A stretch of 24,000 nucleotides of DNA, from assembly GCA_910586945.1 (NCBI GenBank), contig CAJULO010000001.1:1-24000 (forward strand), read 5' to 3'. Position 1 is the stretch's first letter. The number at the start of each line of letters is the position of its first letter. Of this stretch, positions 5,672 to 13,632 are shown one piece after another. Below the pieces are notes generated by a model. That model was not told the origin of the DNA, made no database searches, and saw nothing but the letters and a program-made list of their open reading frames with translations. The position numbers and the translations under genes are program-made. The DNA comes from an uncultured Christensenellaceae bacterium (GTDB lineage: Bacteria > Bacillota > Clostridia > Christensenellales > Borkfalkiaceae).

Positions 5672-8600
5672 ATGACTTCTTATAACATTATTGCAGAATC
5701 AGATGAAAGCACCGTTGTAGCAAAATATATACCAGAGCCAAGACAAGCTAAGGCATATCAAACAGAGAAAGAGCTTGAAAAGGAATTTATTGAGCGTCTA
5801 CAACGACAAGGCTACGCGTATTTACCTATTCATAACGAAAAAGATTTACTTTTAAACTTGCGTTGTAAGTTAGAAGAACTCAATAACTATCAATTTTCTG
5901 ATATAGAATGGATGCAATTTTTAAATACTGTTATTATCGGCAAAAATGCAGGTATAGTGGAAAAAACGAGAATGCTACAAGAGACTGATTGTCACATTCA
6001 ACTTTTACACTGTGACAATGGTACAACCAAAAACATTAAATTGATTGATAAAAAAAATATACATAATAATAAACTACAAGTTATCAATCAATATACTGCA
6101 AACTCTGGAATGCATAAAAATAGATATGATGTAACTATTTTAGTGAATGGTTTTCCACTCGTGCATATTGAATTAAAACGCAGAGGGGTTGCTATTCGTG
6201 AAGCATTTAACCAAATCAACCGCTATCAACGCGAAAGTTTTTGGTCTACTTCCGGACTTTTTCAATATGTACAAATATTTGTAATATCCAATGGAACAAA
6301 TACAAAATATTATTCTAATACCACACGCAACAACCATATCAAAGAATTTGCAAAAAATCAGGCAAAAAGACAGAGTAAATCAAGCAACAGTTTTGAATTT
6401 ACTTCTTATTGGACGGATGCTACAAATGCAAGACTTGCTGACCTTGTCGATTTTACAAAAACTTTTTTCAGCAAACATACTCTTTTAAATATTTTAACAA
6501 AATACTGTGTCTTTACAGCAGAAAACAAATTATTAGTTATGCGTCCATATCAAATTGTTGCCGCTGAACGCATTATCAATAAAATTAAAATGGCTCAAAA
6601 TTACAAATATTACGGCACAAAGAAGGCGAACGGCTTTATATGGCACACTACTGGTAGCGGTAAAACTTTGACCTCTTTTAAAACTGCGCAACTGGCAACA
6701 AAATTAGACGGAATTGATAAAGTTCTATTTGTTGTAGATAGAAAGGATTTAGACTATCAAACAATGAAAGAATATGATAGATTTGAAAAAGGTGCAGCAA
6801 ATGGAAATAGTTCTACAAAAATCTTAAAAAAGCAACTAGAAGATAGCAACGCTAAAATTATTGTAACCACAATACAAAAATTGAGTTTCTTCATTAAAAA
6901 ATATAAAGAGCATATAGTCTATAACCAACAGATTGTTATTATTTTTGATGAATGTCATCGTACACAATTTGGAAATATGCATAAAGCCATTATAGATAGC
7001 TTTAAAAATTACTATCTATTTGGTTTTACAGGTACACCTATTCTTACGCAAAATGCAGTCAAAAATAAATATGGTATACCCATTACGACTGAACAAGTTT
7101 TTTGTGAACAATTACATATGTATACCATTATTGATGCAATCAAAGATGAAAATGTACTCCCTTTTAAAATTGACTATCTCAATACAATGTTCAATGACCC
7201 CAATATAGAAGATAAAGAAGTGAGTGATATTGAGAGAGAAAGTGCTTTTTTAGCGCCTGAAAGAATTCAAAAAATTACAAAATATATTTTAGATAATTTC
7301 AATCAAAAGACTTATAGAAATGAAAAAAATTATAGTTTTCATGCTACCGCAAATATAGATAGGGTGGTAAGTAGTCGACATAAAGCAGCGGAAGTAAAAC
7401 AGGAAGTGCAGCTTAACGGATTCAACTCTATATTATGTGTTTCCTCTATCGATGCTGCGATAGCTTATTATAATGCTTTTAAAAGAGAAATGGAGGAAAA
7501 TCCGCATAAAAAGTTGAAGATTGCTACAATTTTCAGTTATGCTGTAAACGAAGAGGATGACGAGGGCAGTCTAGATGGGGAAAATAATGAAGATGTACAA
7601 AACCTTGCAGATACAGCAAAGGAATTTTTAGAAGGTGCAATTCAAGATTACAATGCAATCTTTCAAACAAATTATGATACATCTAGCGAGAAATTCCAAA
7701 ACTATTATAAAGATGTATCTTTGCGTATGAAGAATAGGCAGCTGGATATGTTGATTGTTGTAAATATGTTTTTAACTGGATTTGATGCAACAACACTCAA
7801 TACGCTATGGGTGGATAAAAACTTAAAATATCATGGATTGCTACAAGCATTTTCAAGAACAAATAGAATTTTAAATGCAGTAAAAACTTATGGGAATATC
7901 GTCTGTTTTAGAAAATTAAAAGATAGAACAGATGAAGCTTTAGCAATGTTTAGTGATAAAAATGCAAAAAATATCTGTATAATGCGTTCCTATAACGACT
8001 ATTATTCTGGCTATAAAGATAATAATGGTCTGCATGTTGGCGGGTATAAAAAATTGATTGCAAGATTGCAAAAAGAGTATCCATTAAACGCAGAAATTGT
8101 AGGAGAAAAAGCTGAAAAAGTTTTTATCAATCTTTTTGGTTCTATTTTAAAGATGTATAACCTATTGTCTACTTTTGGCGACTTTACTGCTACTGCAAAA
8201 ATATTGTCAGAAAGAGATTTACAAGATTATCTAGGCCGATACAATGATTTATATGAGAGCTATAAGCGTCGCCGTGAGAGCAGTGAAAAAGAAGATATAT
8301 CCGATGATATTATTTTTGAAATAGAGCTTGTAAAACAAATAGAAGTAAATATAGATTATATTTTGTCATTGATTGACAAATATCGGGATTCTCATGGTGA
8401 AGATGAGGGGTTACGCAGTTTAATTATAAAGACAGTGGAATCAAGTTTAGAATTGAGAAGTAAAAAGAAGTTAATTGAAAATTTTATTGCAGGCATCAAT
8501 GAGGTTGATGATGTGATTTTAAAATGGCGTGTATTTGTTAGAGAAGAAAGAGAGAAAGACCTAAAAAAACTGATACAAGAAGAAAATTTGAAGGAAAAAG

Positions 8601-8785
8601 AAACAAGAGAGTTTATTAGTAACGCCTTTCGAGATGGTGCAATCAAGACAAGTGGTACAGATATAGTTAACATTTTACCGCCGCTGCCTTTATTTGGAGA
8701 TAGTGCAAAAATAAGAGAAGTAACAAAAGCACGCGTAATTGACAAGTTACTATTATTTTTCGAAAAATATTTTAGTATTAGTTAG
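5672..8785 (+). CDS. hsdR: Type I restriction enzyme, endonuclease/translocase subunit
   Basis: 1037 aa, with AAGGAG upstream of the ATG. The PD-(D/E)xK-like nuclease motif is DVTILVNGFPLVHIELKR. The helicase motif I is HTTGSGKT and the DEAH-type motif II is FDECHR. Confidence 0.95.
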   Translation: MTSYNIIAESDESTVVAKYIPEPRQAKAYQTEKELEKEFIERLQRQGYAYLPIHNEKDLLLNLRCKLEELNNYQFSDIEWMQFLNTVIIGKNAGIVEKTRMLQETDCHIQLLHCDNGTTKNIKLIDKKNIHNNKLQVINQYTANSGMHKNRYDVTILVNGFPLVHIELKRRGVAIREAFNQINRYQRESFWSTSGLFQYVQIFVISNGTNTKYYSNTTRNNHIKEFAKNQAKRQSKSSNSFEFTSYWTDATNARLADLVDFTKTFFSKHTLLNILTKYCVFTAENKLLVMRPYQIVAAERIINKIKMAQNYKYYGTKKANGFIWHTTGSGKTLTSFKTAQLATKLDGIDKVLFVVDRKDLDYQTMKEYDRFEKGAANGNSSTKILKKQLEDSNAKIIVTTIQKLSFFIKKYKEHIVYNQQIVIIFDECHRTQFGNMHKAIIDSFKNYYLFGFTGTPILTQNAVKNKYGIPITTEQVFCEQLHMYTIIDAIKDENVLPFKIDYLNTMFNDPNIEDKEVSDIERESAFLAPERIQKITKYILDNFNQKTYRNEKNYSFHATANIDRVVSSRHKAAEVKQEVQLNGFNSILCVSSIDAAIAYYNAFKREMEENPHKKLKIATIFSYAVNEEDDEGSLDGENNEDVQNLADTAKEFLEGAIQDYNAIFQTNYDTSSEKFQNYYKDVSLRMKNRQLDMLIVVNMFLTGFDATTLNTLWVDKNLKYHGLLQAFSRTNRILNAVKTYGNIVCFRKLKDRTDEALAMFSDKNAKNICIMRSYNDYYSGYKDNNGLHVGGYKKLIARLQKEYPLNAEIVGEKAEKVFINLFGSILKMYNLLSTFGDFTATAKILSERDLQDYLGRYNDLYESYKRRRESSEKEDISDDIIFEIELVKQIEVNIDYILSLIDKYRDSHGEDEGLRSLIIKTVESSLELRSKKKLIENFIAGINEVDDVILKWRVFVREEREKDLKKLIQEENLKEKETREFISNAFRDGAIKTSGTDIVNILPPLPLFGDSAKIREVTKARVIDKLLLFFEKYFSIS

Positions 8786-8820
8786 TAAAGTGTTTTTTTA
8801 TTTAAAACACTTTACTTTTT
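8784..8820 (+). terminator. Intrinsic terminator of the hsd operon
   Basis: AGTAAAGTGTTTT-tttattt-AAAACACTTTACT, followed by TTTT. It starts within the hsdR stop codon. Confidence 0.8.
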
Positions 8821-9074
8821 AAAGTATCTAAAATGAAACAGTATGCTGTTGATACTATTTTTTTATAGATATTCGGCAAAAAATGAAACATAGAATGTGA
8901 AATAGTTTGATTTTTATTGCTCTAAATCGTGCAAGGCATGCAGGCAGATTTGCACAGAAAAATATTAGTAAATTGTATATTAGCTGATATTAATAATAGA
9001 AGTATGCATTATAAAATAAATTAAAATAAAATGAGAAAACCATTGCTATTGAATTTGTAAAGGAATAATTTTTA

Positions 9075-9104
9075 TTGACAAAAACTATACTTTTGCGATA
9101 TACT
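9075..9104 (+). promoter_or_regulatory. Sigma-A-type promoter directly abutting the peptidase start codon
   Basis: TTGACA (9075-9080), 18-nt spacer, TATACT (9099-9104). The ATG at 9111 is 7 nt past the -10, and there is no SD in between. Confidence 0.5.
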
Positions 9105-9110
9105 ATATAT

Positions 9111-11342
9111 ATGAAAATAAAAAAAGTATTTTTAATAGGCATAGCAATATTATTTTGTATAATAGGAATCTTAACAGCTTTTATGTCTATTTTTCCAAAC
9201 TTAAATAAATCTGGTGCAATGACAGCACAAGCGATAGAAGAGACAGCACAAGGAATGCAGCAACCAAATACTTTAAATGGTATGACGGTTGACCAAATTG
9301 CGCATTTGTCAAAGTATGATGGGAGAGACTATAATATTGTACCAGCGGTAAAAGACCAAGGCAGTAGCAATTTATGCTGGGCATATTCTAGTAATAATGT
9401 AGCTGAAATCTCTATTTTGCGTTCTGGTATAACACCTACAGCGACGAAAGACAATCTATCTTTTTCACCAAGATACTTGGGAAAGAGTGTTTTTGAACGC
9501 GGAGCAGACCCTTTAAAGAATGTAACAGGTTTCTCTTATCCAGGAAACTGGGAATCAAGTCCAGGTACTTTTTTATATACTGCAGATGCCTTTGCACAGT
9601 GGTGTGCACCCATTGTGAATAACGAGACGGCAGATATGACAAATTGGTATACAAAATCTTGTTATCGCTTGCTAGATGCTTTAGAGTATAATTATTCCAA
9701 TGGTACAGCTGATACTATGACGCCGATTATAAAACAAGCAGTTGCCAAATATGGTGCAGTTGCAGCAGGTATTACCTATAGTGGTAGAAGAATGGAATAT
9801 TATAATCCAAAATATATGTCCGGCGGTATAGGGCATGCCATAACCATTATTGGTTGGGACGATAGTATCAGTAAAGACTTATTTAAGCCTAAAGCGGCAG
9901 ACCGTGATGGTGCTTGGATTATCAAAAATAGTTATAATGACGACCAATTTTTTTATGTTTCTTATGAAAGTACATTTCGACAATTTATGGCATTAAACTT
10001 TGCGCCAAAAGAGGCATATACTTATAACTATTTTTATGATAGTGCAGGCTCAAAGGCGGCAAACAATGTCGGAGGCAATCGTCCAAGTAATGTCAATAAA
10101 GCTTGCAATATTTTTGAAGCAAAGAGTGGTGCAACTGGTATTGCAGAATATATACAAGCTGTCAATGTGCATTTGCCACAAAGAAATACCACTTGTAAAG
10201 TGCAAATATATACCAATTTAAAGAATAAAAATGACCCAACAAGTGGACAACTTGCCACAGAGCAGACACAAACTTTTGATATTGCTGGCTATAGAACGCT
10301 GCAATTGCAGACGCCAGTTTTTGTACAACGGGGGAGCTATTTTGCAGTAGCTGTCGATGTCAGTGCAACAGCAAATGCAAAAATTACTTTTAGCAATCAA
10401 ATCGCTCAAAATTCTTTCAATTGCGATAAATGGGGCGATTGGAATAAAAGTACAACTGGTATACCACGTATTAAAGCTTATACTACAACTAAGCAAGATA
10501 GTTCAGTGGTTGCTATAGATATTGCAGATACTACTACAACGCAAATAAGTATGCCTTATACCTCTATTGCCTATAACGGAATTAAACCACAACCAATACC
10601 AGAAGTTGTTTGTAAAGGTGTTTCTCTTGTACACAATCAAGACTTTACAGTCTCTTATGAATATAACGATAGACCAGGTAGCGTAAATGTATGGATAAAT
10701 GGCATAAATCGCTATTATGGCGAGCGTTTTGCAAGTTTTAGGATTGAAAAAGGAGAGAAACCGACGATTGATTTAAATACAATCAATGTAGAGCAAAACA
10801 CAACTTTACAACAGTATGCAAATCTTTTACCATCCAACTGGAAGTGGCAAACGCCAAATCTTATGCTAAATGGCAATATTACCTCTGCTGTAGCGGAATA
10901 TATTGGTAATGATAAACAGCACTATAAAAACAATTTGCATACTATTGCAATACACTATAACAATAGTACGCCAACCCCACCAGTTGACCCAACTCCACCA
11001 ATACCACCGGTTAATCCAACTCTACCGGTTGACCCTATTGTACCAACCCCACCAGTTAATCCAACTCCACCAACACCACCGGTTAATCCAACTCTACCAG
11101 TTGACCCTATTGTACCAACCCCACCAGTTAATCCAACTCCACCAACACCACCGGTTATTCCAACTCCTCCAAATGATAATAATAGTGGCAATACTGGAGC
11201 TCTACCAACACCTCCATTGATAAATGTGCCATCAGGGACGAAAAAGTCTATTGTTATTTGGTGGATTGTAGGCATAGGCGGGGGTATAACGCTCTGTTTA
11301 GTTATTATTTTGTTGCGTTTATTTTTGCGTAAACGCAAATGA
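9111..11342 (+). CDS. Surface-anchored papain-family (C1) cysteine peptidase with a proline-rich stalk and a C-terminal TM anchor
   Basis: Start set at ATG 9111 (MKIKKVFLIGIAILFCIIGILTAF signal/anchor), because the track's TTG at 9075 is the -35 box. The catalytic motifs are VKDQGSSNLCWAY (Gln six residues before Cys), GHAITIIGWDD (His) and WIIKNSYN (Asn). The C-terminus has a P/T/V-rich repeat region, then IVIWWIVGIGGGITLCLVIILL and a RKRK tail. Confidence 0.85.
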   Translation: MKIKKVFLIGIAILFCIIGILTAFMSIFPNLNKSGAMTAQAIEETAQGMQQPNTLNGMTVDQIAHLSKYDGRDYNIVPAVKDQGSSNLCWAYSSNNVAEISILRSGITPTATKDNLSFSPRYLGKSVFERGADPLKNVTGFSYPGNWESSPGTFLYTADAFAQWCAPIVNNETADMTNWYTKSCYRLLDALEYNYSNGTADTMTPIIKQAVAKYGAVAAGITYSGRRMEYYNPKYMSGGIGHAITIIGWDDSISKDLFKPKAADRDGAWIIKNSYNDDQFFYVSYESTFRQFMALNFAPKEAYTYNYFYDSAGSKAANNVGGNRPSNVNKACNIFEAKSGATGIAEYIQAVNVHLPQRNTTCKVQIYTNLKNKNDPTSGQLATEQTQTFDIAGYRTLQLQTPVFVQRGSYFAVAVDVSATANAKITFSNQIAQNSFNCDKWGDWNKSTTGIPRIKAYTTTKQDSSVVAIDIADTTTTQISMPYTSIAYNGIKPQPIPEVVCKGVSLVHNQDFTVSYEYNDRPGSVNVWINGINRYYGERFASFRIEKGEKPTIDLNTINVEQNTTLQQYANLLPSNWKWQTPNLMLNGNITSAVAEYIGNDKQHYKNNLHTIAIHYNNSTPTPPVDPTPPIPPVNPTLPVDPIVPTPPVNPTPPTPPVNPTLPVDPIVPTPPVNPTPPTPPVIPTPPNDNNSGNTGALPTPPLINVPSGTKKSIVIWWIVGIGGGITLCLVIILLRLFLRKRK
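11007..11171 (+). repeat. 72-bp tandem repeat (2.3 copies, 71/72 identical) encoding the proline-rich stalk
   Basis: Unit 1 is 11007-11078 and unit 2 is 11079-11150. They differ at one base (ctaccGgtt versus ctaccAgtt). A partial third unit covers 11151-11171, and degenerate copies lie upstream from about 10975. Confidence 0.9.
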
Positions 11343-11405
11343 GAAGAATAGAAGAATCGTTTAAAGTGCATGCAAATGACTATATGATAGAACATATGAT
11401 AAAAT

Positions 11406-11439
11406 AAAAAAACAACCATATTAGAATGGTTGTTTTTTT
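11406..11439. terminator. Bidirectional terminator shared by the peptidase gene and the convergent tRNA
   Basis: AAAAAAACAACCAT-attaga-ATGGTTGTTTTTTT. It lies 64 nt after the peptidase stop and 2 nt from the tRNA 3' end. Confidence 0.8.
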
Positions 11440-11441
11440 AA

Positions 11442-11518
11442 TGGTCGAAGTGACGGGACTTGAACCCACGACCTCTTGCTCCCTAAGCAAGCGCGCTACC
11501 AATCTGCGCCACACCTCG
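11442..11518 (-). tRNA. tRNA-Pro with apparent anticodon AGG and encoded CCA
   Basis: Hand-folded 77-nt cloverleaf. Acceptor CGAGGTG/CACTTCG (C1-G72, A73); U8; D arm GCGC-AGATTGGTA-GCGC; anticodon arm CTTGC-TTAGGGA-GCAAG (U33, A34 G35 G36, G37); variable AGGTC; T arm GTGGG-TTCAAGT-CCCGT; then CCA. Confidence 0.85.
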
Positions 11519-11537
11519 ATAAATTTTTTCTATCTCT

Positions 11538-11566
11538 ATTATATGCTATCTCTATAAAATTGTAAA
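11538..11566 (-). promoter_or_regulatory. Promoter of tRNA-Pro
   Basis: Minus strand: TTTACA (11566-11561), 17-nt spacer, TATAAT (11543-11538). The -10 ends 19 nt upstream of the mature 5' end. Confidence 0.65.
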
Positions 11567-11750
11567 GATATTTTTTATTTTTGTGTTATGAATCTTATCA
11601 AATACTCTTTTATTTACTATCTATAAAAAGTTTAAATATTTAGGTGATATTGTTTTGTATACTGAAAGGAAATAGTACAAAAATAGAATAAAATACAATT
11701 ATATATAAAGAATAAGTATAGTTTTTTTATTATTTTTTTAATTTTAATAC

Positions 11751-11779
11751 TTGCATTTTAAAAAAGAAAATGTTATAAT
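11751..11779 (+). promoter_or_regulatory. Promoter of the ABC exporter operon
   Basis: TTGCAT (11751-11756), 17-nt spacer containing an extended TG (11771-11772), then TATAAT (11774-11779). Confidence 0.7.
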
Positions 11780-11823
11780 ATTTTTTTGAATAGTTAAAAA
11801 ATAAATTGACTAAGAGGTAAAAA

Positions 11824-13629
11824 ATGTCTATTAAAACTTTGGCAAAAAATGTTCGACAATATAAATTGCCTGCTATTTTAGCTCCGATACTTGTTGCTTT
11901 AGAAGTAGCGGTAGAGTGTATTCTACCACTTGTTATTTTAAAGTTTATGGGCACAATACAAATAAGAAATGGTGCAACTTTAAATGTTGGTGAAGTTGTA
12001 CTCTATAGTTGTATATTAGTATCAATGGCACTTGTGGCAATAGTCCTTGGAGTACTTTCAGGCATATTTGCAGCGAGAGCCAGTGCTGGATTTGCTACAA
12101 ATTTAAGACAAAATTTATTTTATAATATACAAAATTTTTCATTTGCAAATATCGATAAGTTTTCAACATCAAGTTTAGTTACGCGTTTGACGACTGATGT
12201 TACGAATATGCAAGATGGTTTTATGGCATTAATTCGTATAGCAGTTCGTTTTCCTCTTATGGTCATAGGGAGTTTAATTTCTATCTTTATTTTGCAATGG
12301 CAAGTAGGATTGATTTTTTTAGGTTTAATACCTATCCTTTCAATTATATTATTTACAGTATTTAAATCTGCACATCCCGTCTTTAAAACAGGACTTGGTA
12401 AATATGATGTACTCAATAGAAATGTCCGTGAAAATATTAAGGCAATCCGCGTGATAAAATCTTTTAATAGAGAAGAGTTTGAAAAGAAAAAATTTGATAA
12501 CTCTGCAAATCAATTGTATAAATATTTTGGTAAAGGTGAAAAAATCATTGCAATCAACAGTCCATCAATGCTCTTTTGTGTCTGGGGAGCTATTATTTTA
12601 GTTTGTTTAACAGTGGGTATGCTTGCAAAAGGTGCAGTACAAAGCGGTGGCGCAGTTACTGAAGGACAAACGCTTGCTATATACTTGATGTATGGATATC
12701 TCATTTTTGCAGCAATTATGCAATTTTCTATGGTACTCATTATGTTTGCTATTGCAAGTCCGTCAATCAATCGTATATTACAAGTGATTCAAGAGACAAG
12801 TACTATTGATTCTCCTAAAAATGCTATCACAGAAGTGGAGGATGGGTCTATTGTTTTTAAAAATGTCAACTTTAAATATAATGTAGAAAGTGATAAATAT
12901 GCTTTAAAAAATATCAATTTAACCATTCAATCTGGCGAGACAATTGGTATCATTGGAGCAACGGGAGCAGCAAAATCAAGTTTTGTAAATTTAATTCCGC
13001 GTCTGTATGATGTTACAGAAGGAGAAGTACTTGTGGGAGGAAAAGATGTTCGTACCTATGACCTTGAAGCATTGCGTAATGCTGTGGCAATGGTACTACA
13101 AAAAAATCTTTTATTTTCAGGCAGTATTATTGAAAATTTGCGATGGGGAAAGGAAGATGCATCTATGGAAGAGATGCAATATGCATGTAAACTTGCCTGC
13201 GCTGATGATTTTATTCAGACATTTCCTGAACAATATAATACATATATTGAACAGGGTGGTAGCAATCTATCCGGAGGACAACGCCAAAGAGTGTGTATTG
13301 CAAGAGCACTGTTAAAAAATCCAAAAATTCTGATATTAGATGACTCAACAAGTGCAGTGGATACAAAAACAGATGCTTTTATCCGTAAAAGTTTTAGAGA
13401 TGAAATTCCAAATGTAACAAAATTAATTATTGCACAACGCATATCATCCTTGCAAGATGCCGATAAAATTATTGTATTAGATGGTGGCAAAATTGAATCA
13501 GTTGGTAGTCATGAAGAACTTTTACAGACGAGTAAAATTTATAGTGATATCTATACTTCACAAATGAAGACAACGGAAAATGCTTTAGGAAATATTTTTA
13601 TGGAAAATCAAAAAAAGGAGGGCAATTGA
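11824..13629 (+). CDS. ABC exporter permease/ATPase fusion, subunit 1 of a heterodimer (carries the degenerate ATPase site)
   Basis: AAGAGG upstream of the ATG. An N-terminal TMD is followed by the NBD. Walker A is GATGAAKSS and the signature is LSGGQRQR. Walker B is ILILDD followed by S (catalytic Glu replaced by Asp). The H-loop is IIAQRIS (His replaced by Gln). Confidence 0.92.
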   Translation: MSIKTLAKNVRQYKLPAILAPILVALEVAVECILPLVILKFMGTIQIRNGATLNVGEVVLYSCILVSMALVAIVLGVLSGIFAARASAGFATNLRQNLFYNIQNFSFANIDKFSTSSLVTRLTTDVTNMQDGFMALIRIAVRFPLMVIGSLISIFILQWQVGLIFLGLIPILSIILFTVFKSAHPVFKTGLGKYDVLNRNVRENIKAIRVIKSFNREEFEKKKFDNSANQLYKYFGKGEKIIAINSPSMLFCVWGAIILVCLTVGMLAKGAVQSGGAVTEGQTLAIYLMYGYLIFAAIMQFSMVLIMFAIASPSINRILQVIQETSTIDSPKNAITEVEDGSIVFKNVNFKYNVESDKYALKNINLTIQSGETIGIIGATGAAKSSFVNLIPRLYDVTEGEVLVGGKDVRTYDLEALRNAVAMVLQKNLLFSGSIIENLRWGKEDASMEEMQYACKLACADDFIQTFPEQYNTYIEQGGSNLSGGQRQRVCIARALLKNPKILILDDSTSAVDTKTDAFIRKSFRDEIPNVTKLIIAQRISSLQDADKIIVLDGGKIESVGSHEELLQTSKIYSDIYTSQMKTTENALGNIFMENQKKEGN

Positions 13630-13632
13630 TAT

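Noticed and set aside
6291-8745. Alternative-frame and antisense ORFs inside hsdR (6291..6488, 7020..7208, 8392..8745)
   Set aside because: They are embedded in a gene with clear helicase and nuclease motifs, and they have no independent signals.
2809-8934. 11-bp direct repeat AAATCGTGCAA at 2809-2819 and 8924-8934, bracketing the hsd operon, considered as a possible insertion scar or target-site duplication
   Set aside because: An 11-mer recurring within 24 kb of AT-rich DNA is expected by chance many times over. No terminal inverted repeats or mobility genes accompany it.
8821-9074. Short repeats AAAATGAAACA (8831 and 8880) and a GTGCAA/TTGCAC inverted repeat around GCATGC (8929-8958) upstream of the peptidase gene
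   Set aside because: They are too short and too AT-rich to distinguish from chance. No associated ORF or terminator was found.
11189-11342. Search for a canonical LPXTG sortase motif in the peptidase tail
   Set aside because: Only LPTPP and NVPSGT precede the hydrophobic helix and the RKRK tail. Neither is a recognised sortase motif, so I do not call the protein sortase-anchored.
10903-11419. Alternative-frame (+, 10903..11220) and antisense (-, 10955..11419) ORFs across the proline-repeat region
   Set aside because: They are artefacts of the CCA/ACC-rich tandem repeat, which stays open in several frames. The peptidase frame is continuous with the catalytic domain and the C-terminal anchor.
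11730-11954. 74-aa minus-strand ORF overlapping the ABC promoter and start
   Set aside because: It overlaps a strong promoter, SD and N-terminus on the opposite strand, and it has no SD of its own.
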